DNA of 63,117 nt, counting the filler, from Folioceros fuciformis (lineage: Eukaryota): the NCBI GenBank assembly GCA_049999805.1. It is 6 parts of 6 records of this genome, joined end to end, with 100 filler letters (N's around TTAATTAATTAA, not from the genome) between each part and the next. Parts side by side here need not be neighbours in the genome. Positions count along the whole stretch, not along the records: positions 1 to 17,111 come from JBNGIO010004420.1; positions 17,212 to 40,246 come from JBNGIO010004421.1; 4 more parts are not named here. One strand, given 5' to 3'. Below, in pieces: positions 13,075 through 24,735 of this stretch. The notes under the pieces were generated by a model that saw only the letters and a program-made list of their open reading frames with translations, was not told where the DNA came from and did no database searches. How positions within the stretch are numbered: the first letter of the stretch is position 1; the number at the start of each line of letters is the position of its first letter. The translations under genes and the position numbers were made by a program.

Positions 13075-16000
13075 ATGCTGAGGAACGCAGCACAGGCTGC
13101 ATCAGCAGGTCAGCAGCCAGCTGTGACATTGTCTAACATTATTGGAGCTCTTCTCGAGGAAGAGTCCACAAGGAAGGCAAGCAGAGATACTTCCCACAGA
13201 GGAGAGTCATCGAATCGAGCACTTTACATGAACAAAGGCCCAAAGAGACAGCCTCGTCAACCTTGGCAAGCAAATTCCAATGGTGGAATCTTCAACCTGG
13301 TCAGTTTGTTCTTCTTGGTGACGATAGTGGACTTCATATAGAAGGCATTGGGACAGTGCCTATCCAGCTAGCTTACAGGACCACACTGCATTTCTTAGAT
13401 GTCCTTCATGTTCCTTCTATGGTTAAAAACTTAGTATCTATCCCCAAGCTCAGAGTCCAACATGTCTTAGATGTGTCCTTTTCATGCCTGCACTGTGTCA
13501 TCACAGATCCACAGCATAAGAACAAAATTCTAGCTAAAGGCACGCGTCGTCATGACCTCTATCAACTAAATGTCACATCTAAGCTAGGACACCAATTCCT
13601 CAAGGAGCAAGCACATGTCAGTCAAGCCACTAAAGCCAAGGACCAGGTCATGCTCTAGCACTATTGCCTTGCACAAATCAACTTCGACAAACTTCAAAAA
13701 ATGGTGAACAACAATGTGTTATACCGAGAGAAGTTCGTGCTTCATTTTGCCGAGAAACTATTCTGTGAAGCATGTGTCTTTGGCAAGCACCACCGAGCCC
13801 TGTACAAGGATGAGAATCCCACAAGGGCGACTAAACTCTTGGAGCTGGTTCACTCCGACCTCTGTGGCCCTATGTCAGTTCCTTCACTTGGCGGTGCTCT
13901 GTATATGTTATCTTTTATCGATGACTGGAGTCGATATGCTATAATCTATCTTATCAAGCAGAAGAGCTAGACCTTTGGCTGTTTCCAAGAGTATGTTACC
14001 TTTGCTCAGCACCAGACTAGAGAACTCGTCAAGGCTCTGCGTACAGATGGCAGTGGCGAGTACAATTCCAGTGAGTTCAAAGATTATTGCAAGGAGCTAG
14101 TGATAGCACGGTAGCTCGCTGTGCCGTATACATCCTCGAGCTAGCAGGTTTGCCTAAAACTTACTCGGCAGAAGTTGTTGCCACCGCTGTCTATATCAAA
14201 AATAGAGTCCCTACCAAAGTCTTTGATGGTGGTACCCCTTTCTAGAGATGGACTAGTCATAGGCCACACATCAATCACCTTCACATCTTTGGTTCACCCG
14301 CCTATGCACATCTTTCTGAAGCACAAAGGGTTAAGATGGATTATAAAGCACGTAAGTATGTCTTCATAGGTTACACCAAGGGAGTTAAGGGCTATAAAAT
14401 ATATGATCCTACATCTCATACCACTGTCCATGCACATAGTGTCATATTCAATGAACAATTACTTCTAAGCCCATCTTCCCATCGTACCTTAATCGATGAT
14501 GCTTGCGAAGGTCTTCTTACTGATGACACAAGCTACATAGAGGGTTCCACAGAAGTCTCACATCCTGCAACAAGTACCTCTCAATCAGGACATACACAAC
14601 CCACTGTAGACCCTGAAAGTGATGAAGAGCCAAGTGAGTTTCTCGACCTGGACAATGAGGATGATATAGAAGGAGCTCCCTCACAAGAATCTACAATCGA
14701 CCATGGTGCAAGTAAGGGTGAAAATTTGCAGGACACCATGAGTGTGCAGCTAGATTCAGATGTAAGTGAAGTCGAAGTTTCTGTAGTTATTGCACAACCT
14801 GCACCTACTGTCCTGCGTAGAGGGATTGACCTTAGGACACGTCATTGTACAACTTCACCATTAGAGTGGGCACAACCTCCCTTGACATACAAGTCCTTCT
14901 TGGTACAGGATGACAGCGGTCTTCTTGACATGGGAGATCCTCAGTCATACCAAGAGGCCATACATGGGAAGGATGCACAAAAAATGGACTGAGGTAATAA
15001 ATTCTGAATACCAGTCTCTCATAGATAATAAAACATGGCTGCTTAAAGAATTGCCGCCTGGAAGGAAGGCTGTAACATGCAAGTGGGTCTTTAAAACAAA
15101 GCTGGATGCCAACGGAGCTATTGCACGATACAAGGCTCGACTAGTTGCAAGAGGGTACAACCAAGTGGAGGGGCCCGACTATACAGAACCCTATAGTTCG
15201 AGCAACTTCCATTCGTGCTCTTCTTGCCATAGCAGCCCAACATGACTACCACCTACAACATATGGATGTAAAAACGGCATTCCTCAATGGAAACCTTGAA
15301 GAAACCATCTACATNNNNNNNNNNGGCATTCCTCAATGGAAACCTTGAAGAAACCATCTACATGAGGCAACCAGAGGGGTATGTAGATCCGCAGCATCCT
15401 AACAAGGTATGTAGACTTGTAAAAACAATTTACGGGCTTAAACAATCACCACGAGAGTGGTACAAGAGAATACACACATACCTTAGGAGTTGTGGGTTTG
15501 TCCAAAGCAATGTTGATTCTAATGTTTACAAACTACATGACAAAGATGGGCTGGTGTATTTAGCACTCTACGTAGATGATGCAATCCTTATTGCTAGCAG
15601 CCCTGCAGCCATGTCAAAGGTTAAAGCCATCTTGACTTCAGAATTCTCCATGACCGACCTTGGTCAGCTTACCTTCTTCCTTAGTATTCGAATACATCAG
15701 AATCTAGCCAAACATAGTATTTTCATACACCAATCACAATTCGTGCACCAAGTTCTTGCTAGGTTCTGTCTTCAAAATGCCAAACCTGCACCAACACCGA
15801 TGGCAACTGGGGAGAAGTTAACAACTGATCAATCACCAAAAACAGAGGAGGAACGACAGCAAATGGCATCTATACCATACAGACCTGCAGTGGGAGTACT
15901 CATTTACTTCAGAAACTGGACTCCTCCTGAACTGTCACACTCTGTAGGAGTTACATCTCAATTCCTTACAAATTATGGGAGTGCACATTGGCATGCTGTT

Positions 16001-16934
16001 CAAAGGATCCTTCGATACATTGGAGGCACCCCGAATAGAGGACTACTATACACCAAGTGACCAGAGAATTTGCTGCTCACTTGCTTTTGTGATGCAGATT
16101 GGGCTACTGATACAGATAGCAGGAAGTCAATCTCGGCCCATTGCTTGATGCTCGGCAAAGATGAGTTTCATTCCACCATCATTTCCTTGCATAGTAAGAA
16201 GCAGTAGGTAGTGGCCTTATCCTCCACTGAAGCTGAGTACATTGCCACCACCACAGCTGCACAAGAAATTATACATGGCCGAGAGCTGTTAGCATCTTTA
16301 GGAGAGCCTCAAACTGCACCCACACTATTACTTAGTGACAATCAATCCTCCATTGCCCTTGCTCAGAATCCAATCATGCATGCTAGGACAAAACACATAG
16401 AAATTAAACACCATTTCAGGCAAGTAGTCACTAAAGGGCAAGCCAATCTTTAGTATGTCCCAACAGAGGCAAATGTAGCTGATATCCTTATTAAAGCCCT
16501 AGCACGGGATAAGCACGAAAGGTTCTGCAAGGCAATGGGAATGGTTGAAAATCCAGATGCATAAGAATAATTTTCTACTTAGAAGGCACAACTACAAGGT
16601 ACGGCTGAGGTAGGAGGAACGCCATCGAGCTTGGAATCGCCGAAGCGGCATCACGGTGGTGCAGCGCCATCAAGGGTCTGCATCAACACATAACAAATCA
16701 GTTTTTTGTTGCTACAAAGAACTCCACCAGCAGTGGGAGCTAATTCTCGTCAAGTGCATCATTTCTGAGCATTAGCCTGTCTTCATCCGTGAATATGTCG
16801 CAGGCACCATTACAACAACATGCATGGTTGTGAGCTCTAGTTGAAGATTCGTTTTTTGGCTACTGGAGTAATCCAAAGCTTCGAGGATTTTCACCTTACC
16901 CCAACAGTAACAAGTACAAATGCAGGCTAAGTGG
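13075..16934 (+). mobile_element. Decayed Ty1/copia internal region 2 with internal deletions
   Basis: gag remnant TLSNIIGALLEEES, integrase CEACVFGKH/LELVHSDLCGP, RT YKARLVARGY, HMDVKTAFLNG, LYVDD, RNase H ALSSTEAEY/ARTKHIEIKHHF; zinc knuckle and protease core absent; PPT-like ggctaagtgggag before the right repeat. Confidence 0.93.
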
Positions 16935-17111
16935 GAGTAAAAGTAGATAGGTTATCTAAGTAGCCTAGCATTATATAATTATTACATAAAACAATAATTA
17001 AATTAAGGGCGTTATGGATCACAAGATCCATAACGCTAGATGTAAAGGGACGTGAACCGTGCTCTAACAAACTAACTCACGGGACATGAAAAGGGACACA
17101 TAGATAGGGTG
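16935..17111 (+). repeat. LTR-like direct repeat, right copy, truncated by the scaffold end
   Basis: Near-identical to 7911-8087; immediately follows a purine tract. Confidence 0.8.
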
Positions 17112-17211
17112 NNNNNNNNNNNNNNNNNNNNNNNNNNNNNNNNNNNNNNNNNNNNTTAATTAATTAANNNNNNNNNNNNNNNNNNNNNNNNNNNNNNNNN
17201 NNNNNNNNNNN
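17112..17211. other. Artificial scaffold linker N44-TTAATTAATTAA-N44 (also at 40247-40346, 49067-49166, 55298-55397, 59163-59262)
   Basis: Identical 100-bp cassette occurs five times and has stop codons in all six frames. Confidence 0.97.
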
Positions 17212-17589
17212 GCGGTCGAGATCGCTTCCAATTTGTTGTGGAAGAAAGTGCGGGATTTCAAGTGATTGTGCTGTTGGGCGCTGCCGGAGCTTATTGGCGA
17301 TTGCACCTTGAGGAAAGTATGTGAAGGGATAGGTGATGCCTGCTTCTTGCAGGCGGAATTGTCGGGCTCTCAGCGTCTCAATGCTTCTCTGCTCAGCACT
17401 CCAGCTCAGGAGGAGGAGGTTCACCATAGCTCGCGGCTACAGACGTTACTACAGCTGTGTGCCCTAGGGGCCTTGGTTCCCTTGGCTTCATCACGCAGGT
17501 CAGGGAGAGCCAGCAAGAATTCTTCCAGGACAAGCCAACTCCCGATCTCGCGGCTTCCTTCGTAGTTGCACCACCTCAGTTTGCTCAGG

Positions 17590-20044
17590 ATGAGGAAGAT
17601 GCCGATGTTGCAGCTATCATTTATTTCCTGGCGAGGGCCTATGATCCACTCTGTGCCAGCTATTAGCACACTCCTATCCTCTCCCAAAAAGTCCAAAAAT
17701 CATGTAAAAATCTGGGGGGGAAGAGCTTCTAGTGCAACTTGCTGGCTCCTTCTCTTGGCCGTCTTTGCGTTGTTGAGTATGTCCAAGTACATGTTCGCCT
17801 GGCATCCTCAAGGATTTGAAGGCGGCTGCAGTGGCTTAACGGGACCGCAGGCAAGAGAGCAACATCTGCCGTCCCAATTCTTAGGAAGCGCGTACCCCCG
17901 GCCTCTTGAGCCGCATGCTGTAAGCTCCAATCTTACAGGGATGGAGCATACTTTTTGGGAACAGCCTGACAGCATGGGATATCGGCCTTGCGTCGTGTTT
18001 AGCGACGAATACAGAGAGGACTCAGCTCGTATGCTATCGGCGGGGAGGCGCAAATATTTGATTGTGGTCGTGAACGGTGGACTCAACCAACAGCGGAACC
18101 AGATTGTGGATGCTGTCGTAATTGCTCGCATTCTCCAGGCCACTTTGGTATTGCCTGTTATGCAGGTCAACCAGGTTTGGGGAGATGAAAGGTAATTTGC
18201 TACCGCCTTACTTTTGTTCCGGGAAGAGTGCGTCCCTTGTTTCCTGTGCCACTTGATGCCCATCGTCGGGGAGATCTTTGTCAGGCACAGTTTGTGTGGA
18301 ACTTCTTGGGAGTGTGGACTGCCATGTGTTGTCAGTACCTCTTCAATTTGTGGGACAGCATCATATTGCCCTGGATACATGTCTTTCTGAAAGTGGATGT
18401 TTGACCGGCGTGGTCGCCAATCTCGCGTCTGCGAAAAGGTGGACTCATCCCACTTGAGTGACACTCACCGATCTAGCTGGCTTCTCTCTATGCGTGCAGT
18501 GAATTTTCAGAGATTTTCGATGCCGAACACTTTAAGGCGACATTAAGGGAGGACGTCAGAGTAGTATCGTCGCTACCCTCGACGCTGTTGACAAGCAAAT
18601 TCATTATCGGAGACAAGCTCCCACTATATGCCAGCCCTGAATGGTATCGATCTCGATATGCTAAACAGGTGCGAAGCAATTGCAGAGTAGTTAAAGTGCA
18701 TCCTGTCTCACACAAGATTCTGCTCGTTTTTTAATCCCATATCAGCACCTTCCTTACAACGGATTTTTGTTACAGTTTCGCAGAAATGTTCTGCTCCTTC
18801 GAGGTCTGGACTCTAAGCTATCCAAGGATGTACCGTCAGATTTGCAGAAACTACGGTGTAAGGTACACTGAATTTATGTCTGCTCTCCAACCTATCCATT
18901 TGTGAGCGGTTGCCTAGGAGCACAGAAGAAGCAGCATTATCCTGCCTTAAAGATCATGCCTTTTACGTCCATCTTTATCTCAGCTTCGCTTATGGCCTCT
19001 CCCGTCCAGGTTGCGTTCCATGCTCTTCGATTTGCGGCACCGATTCAGGCCGTGGGTGAAATGCTGGCTAAGAGAATGTGGCAAGACGGACCTTATGTAG
19101 CTCTGCACCTCAGAATGGAGAAGGACGTCTGGGTCAGGACCGGCTGCTTGCCAGGATTGGGTCCGAAATTTGATGAAGAGGTGAACAGGACACGGGCTCA
19201 AGCGCCACAGCTGCTGACTACACGGAATACCCTGACTTACGACGAAAGGAAATTGGCCGGTCTCTGCCCCCTGAACGCCGCGGAAGTAGTCAGGTATTAT
19301 CCTCATTGTGCGTGTAGTGCTCCAAATGATAATGGCATGGGGATTACCCGTAGTCTCATGTAGTTCTGAGCGTTTGCAGCGTCCTTCATGTTCTGGTAAT
19401 GACTTTGCCGCAGGCTATTGCGAGCTATGGGAGCTACAAGAACGACGCGAATCTATTGGGCTGGTGGTGAGCCTCTAGGTGGAACAAAGGCATTGGAGCC
19501 TCTTGTCGACGCATTTCCTCATCTGTACAACAAGGAAAAACTTGCACGACCCCAGGAGCTAGAACCGTTTCGCAACAAGGCATCCAGTCTTGCAGCTATT
19601 GACTATTTGGTATCCTTAAACAGTGACGTCTTCATGCCATCTCATGGCGGCAACATGGGGCGTGCGATTCAGGTCCGTTGTCAGCCTCCTAATTCTCATA
19701 TTGTATGAACAGGCTGATTTGTGGAAACTAAAAGGACCAGCTGTCATACTTCCCCTCTAATGCTCGTTACCGCCGTGCAGGGTCACAGAGCATATGCTGG
19801 ACATCGTAAGCACATTACTCCAAACAAGAGACAGATGCTCCCATATTTTCTGGACACATCTCTACCAGAGGAGGAGTTCAATAGCATCATCCGACTCGTT
19901 CACAATGAGTCACTGGGTCAACCGACTTTGCGGACGGACAAAACAGGGAGGGACGTAATCGCTTATCCAGTGCCTGAGTGCATGTGCCAAGGGAAGGAGC
20001 CAGAATCAAGGCCAGGGTCATCCAGATGGAGCTCTGTCTTCTGA
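17590..20044 (+). CDS. O-fucosyltransferase family protein (GT106/DUF246-type, OFUT20-like); 6 exons at approx. 17590-18191, 18500-18668, 18776-18862, 19010-19293, 19414-19672, 19781-20044
   Basis: N-terminal TM segment; NGGLNQQRNQIVDAVVIARIL, YVALHLRMEKDVWVRTGC, GLCPLNA, LAAIDYLVSLNSDVF, GGNMGRAIQGHRAY, YPVPECMC. Start codon is one of several nearby ATGs. Confidence 0.93.
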
Positions 20045-20547
20045 TTGATGGAGAGGTCATTGTCCATTTCTTCTCTGATTATTCTTTCACTTAACCCTAG
20101 CTAGGTAGACCTGTATATCTTTTTAACAAAACTAACCAGAGAGATTCGACACACGAGGGGCCTTTATCGGCTAGTGGATGAGCATATTGCGTTCAATCAT
20201 TAAACTTGAAGGACCGGGCCCTTTTTCCCAGGAAAACATTTGCCCAATGTCACAGGAAAACACATATATAAGTTAATGACGCCGTTAATAACGTTGTTTG
20301 TACAACTTGCAACTTAGATGCTCGGTAAATATGACGTCACAGAAAGAAACGGATGTAGAATATCCCGATTACAACCAATGAGAATGTGGTTGTTATGTTG
20401 TGTGGCCAGCACACGCTCCTTCCGAAGCAGCTTCCTCCTCCATCCGAGTATCTACAAAATCACTTGCTGGGCCATCACTTCCCACGCTGTTCCCGTTGTG
20501 CCCGTGTACTGTGCGTAGCAGCTGGTCCAGCGCATTTCATATCAGCG

Positions 20548-21249
20548 ATGGCAACCATTGCACAGGCCGGAGCGTGTGGGGTAACTGTATCTCCAGCTTG
20601 GGGTGTGGCTTTGCCGTTGCGAAAACAAGGTCGGACGCAGTGGCGCTGCGTGGTGAGGCCCGGTGCGGTACGGGCAGAGACGGAGGTGGAGACGTCTCCC
20701 AGTGCGGCAATCAATCCGTCTATCAAGAAAGACGTGGAGAAGGTGGTGGACACCGTGCTGGTCGGCGAATTGAGCAAGCCCCTCACAGCCTATTGCAGGT
20801 CTGCTCTCGCTCCCTGTTTCTAGTCTTACAGCTGCCTGTGTTCTTTAGCGTCTTTGAATCAACTTCGCCATGAGCCCGTTGGAGAGGCATGTTTTGTGGC
20901 AGCAGCGGCGCACATTGTATTCTCTGAAGGACACCATGGCAGGCCCGTCATTGCAGAGAACTGCTGCACTAGCTTCTGTCTCGAAACATCGTGGCATAAC
21001 ATCAGAAGCCTGATGTACTGGCTTCAGTCTTAACACATCGTGATGTTCCATACTCAACTTGATGCGAGTAATAGAATTGCACCAGGTTGTAGGACCACTG
21101 CAGCTTGTTTTTCGTGTTGTACTCTGACGCGCCTGAATGGCTTCTCCAGATGCTGGCGTTCAGGCACGTTCCCTCTGTGTGACGGTACTCACGCCAAGCA
21201 CAACAAGGCAACCGGAGACAACGTCGGCCCGCTGCTGGTCAAGAAATGA
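20548..21249 (+). CDS. NEET: CDGSH iron-sulfur domain protein NEET; exons 20548-20798 and 21150-21249
   Basis: Transit-peptide-like N-terminus, [15 protein letters not shown], spliced [36 protein letters not shown]. Confidence 0.95.
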
Positions 21250-21460
21250 GGCGGTAAAAAGGGACTGCTTCGAAGTAATGTCTAGAATGTGATGCGAAGC
21301 TTGTAATCCATCACCTTTCTATATGGTACATTCAATAATGTGGACGNNNNNNNNNNNNNNNNNNNNNNNNNNNNNNNNNNNNNNNNNNNNNNNNNNNNNN
21401 NNNNNNNNNNNNNNNNNNNNNNNNNNNNNNNNNNNNNNNNNNNNNNGTTCACGGCAAAAA

Positions 21461-24297
21461 TCATACCCTCCAACATTTGTTCAATGCAATACCTCGTTGC
21501 ACGCCGAAAAACCGTCGGTCGCCCGCTCGTCTCCAATAACACGTCCTTAAAATTACAACCAACCAGACGACTAACATCAAGCAGGCGGAATAATAGTACC
21601 ACTTAGTCACCTGCTGCTGAAGTGTGTCAGCGCGTGACTGCTGATTCTCATCGACAACACTCGCCACAAAGTCCATTGACATCTCTCTCGACTCTGCGTT
21701 TCGGCTACGTTCCGATTGCAATATTCTTTTTTCCTGCAACCAAACCAGATTGAAATTAGTACCGCACTTCAGGAAATGTGATGGGTACCCTCTGGGCAGA
21801 CAATGCAATGAGGGTACCAGGAAGTCAGCTTGATTGACAACGCGCTCCTGCTGTTCAAACATCCTCTGGGCGTGGCTGAAGAGCTTCAAGTCCCAAACAT
21901 TTTGCGAGTGTATTTCTGATATTACCTCCATGGGTATTTTCTCCCGAAGCTGCAGTGAAAGTCCTCGCAGTTATAAGATGCTATCCAAGCACGCCGCCTT
22001 CAGCAATATGTCCTCATGTTGGCTGTGTCTCATGTTCAACTTCAAGCATGCACCTTACCTGTCTAGAGAAGTTCACAGGTTTAATTTGACTTAGTGTAAC
22101 ACTGCGCCGGGACCTGTGTGAATTCTGTAAGTTTGTCACACATGTCTGGTACTTTTCGAGCAGCTGCTTGATGAATGTCTGCAAGAAAGCATGTAGCAAT
22201 CCAGACCATTTAGAATTGATCTGGAACTTAGGCCATCATGACCTGCAGGCTCGTCATTACCTCTTGCTCCGCCACTGCTGAGGCTGTAGACACTCCGGAC
22301 AATCCTGTGTCTGATTGAACCTGTTCAAGAGCTTGATCTGCAGAATAAAATAGCCTGTTTAACCTAATGCATTAAGCTAAAGATGAAATCAATGAGTGCA
22401 AGAAAAATGCAAAGAATAACAATTCTAGTACCTTCCCTTATAATGGCATCATCTACGAGAAAATTGCGATGACCCAAAGCTCTGTGTCCAGCCCAGCTCC
22501 CTCCATTTCTGGCTATCCTACCTTTCAAGCTCCTTCGTGTTTGTTCTACTGACTTGCGACGCAGCTGTCCTCCTACTACTGTTGCAAACATGATAGCCGA
22601 TTCCTCATGCTTCTCTGTTAGACCGACATACAGCATTTCATCCAACCTCCTCTGCATTGTCACAAACAAATAAGGGAAATAAGAAGGTTAATCGTCCTGG
22701 TGAACTGTCACATGCAACACCCATCAGGGACGCTGTCAATTAAACCTTGGAGACTTCGTAAATTGACTCCCCGAGAAAGTCATATTCTTTTACACAATTC
22801 CGTATTTCTTGTGCCTCTCCTAAAACCGAGTAATTCGTAAGTCCAGCTATCTGCAGAAAGACATCCACGAAGTTGGCTCCTGGAGAACGTGGGACTGGAA
22901 GGTAACACTTCGGTGACATCACTGACCTGAAACATGGCACCATTGTGAACTAAATCCTTAACAAGAGGATGGCGAACGAACTCATGGAGGGGCATAACCA
23001 TGGACGGAACATCATAGGTGTTGTCTACATTATATTCAACCGAGACCGACCCATTCGCTCGTCCATCACGCTGCAACACAAAACGCTCAATCATCATGCT
23101 GCATCCCTTCACACATTATGGCTGAACAAACATAACCTATCTGTGCCAAGATGCCATGAAAAAAAACGAGCCCACGGTCAGCAGCTACCGTCACCAACAG
23201 ATTGAATCTACTTCAGGTATCAGTCTTGCCAGGAGCATGGTACATGACTCTGGCAGGAAACAGAGTTGAAGCACATGGATAAGGAGGAGCACAATAGTTA
23301 CCCGCTGATAAGCATCTGCCCGAACCATAGGAACCAAATATCTCCAGGGCCAAATGTCCAACGTACTGACTAGCTTGCTCCGGTCTTTAGCTCCTCCGGC
23401 TCCAGTGTTGATAGATGTTAAAACTCGGCGTTGACGCAGAAACCGAGAGGCAACCTCCACGGAAAACTCATATGCACTCACCACGCGGTCAAAGGGGTGC
23501 CGCATGTTTGTGACAACAGACGTCATATTCTGTGGCAGCTTCGTCATCAGGCTGTAATCATCATGACTGGAAAGCAGTCTGCAATTTGGAGTACTGCAAC
23601 ATCGGACGTATCAGAACTCTGCTCATGCATGGCACAAAAATTGAGCTGTGACAACGTTATCTGACACTCGAGAAGACTCGAAGAAGCGCAGTATGCCAGC
23701 AGAAAGCCGAAGCCCCTAAGACTGTCAGGACGAGAGACACCTGCATAACCTGACATTGGACATCATAACCCATACCTTGTATCCACACGTAATTTATCGT
23801 AGGAACGAGCACACTTGCGTTCAGCAGGGAAAAGATTCCTCAAAAAACTGCAGGCCAAGGCACAGTCAGAGGGGACTAGTTAGACGCGTCCGGACCCAGA
23901 TACAGCTTACGAAGCAGGGTAGCGCGTTCAAACCCACCATTGATAATAGGTCCTTCCCCCAGTACGAGGAATGTGAAGGAAAAAGAGCAAATCCTGTAAC
24001 TGCAGGGCATCCCCATGTCTGGAAGCCTTGGTACTATCCAGATTTTCTAACTCCTGCTTTGACCATGATTCCACAAGCATCTCGCAGCGGGCCAAATTGG
24101 CATCCAAGGATGTGGCCCCACCTGATAATGCAGAGGACAGGCGCTTTCAACGACAGTCGGACACTCGGAGTTCCAGGAAATGGCATCGAAAAACGGATCT
24201 TCGAAGGCAGCTGGACGAGCCACTCACCCAGCAGAAACAGAAACAGAAACAGAAGAGGGAACAAGGGTAGCAATGACGCCGTGCTGGACATGGCCAT
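21461..24297 (-). CDS. TPST: Plant tyrosylprotein sulfotransferase, multi-exon
   Basis: Signal peptide MAMSSTASLLPLFPLLFLFLFLLG; DLLFFLHIPRTGGRTYYQCFL, RSYDKL, HDDYSLM, RVVSAYEFSVEVASRFL, STLDIWPWRYLVP, HNGAMFQIAGLTN, MLYVGLTEKHEESA; C-terminal TM segment. Confidence 0.93.
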
Positions 24298-24735
24298 CCC
24301 GGCGATCACAATGCGAGTAGCATGGATCCTCGCCTCGATTTCAAGGCTGTTCAACCTATCCTTCGTGCCCACCACCTCCCTGCTTTCAGCGCTCTCCGCA
24401 ATGGCTGCCAAAAACACTCAAGGCATCGAACCGTCCACATCCCTGTTCGACGTGTATCTCAAAGTGCAAGGAACTGTGAATATCGTTGACTGTCCCTAAT
24501 TAGCTGTCTCGAATGAGTTTGCTTTTCAGTTTCGAGATACAGTACGTGTGTACATTACGAATTGGGACGTCGCGGCGGAGCGTACGTCCATGTCCACTTT
24601 TCCATGTCCCGGTGGCCATGAAATGTTGGTTAACTCAGTCGGCTCTGGGAATCCGATGTCTCCGGATCGAATCCCGAAGGTACGTGAAGTGACAGAACGC
24701 TCATCATCTGGCGTGCTCAAGAACAGTACACGTGC

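Noticed and set aside
15277-15363. Short direct duplications flanking N gaps (also ~52176-52285 and ~47040-47205)
   Set aside because: Identical sequence on both sides of a gap indicates unmerged contig overlap.
17112-17211. Recurring TTAATTAATTAA palindrome as a biological motif
   Set aside because: Always centred in an identical N-padded 100-bp cassette; it is an assembly linker.
21177-21194. CDGTH instead of CDGSH in NEET
   Set aside because: Conservative change at a non-ligand position; the three Cys and the His are intact.
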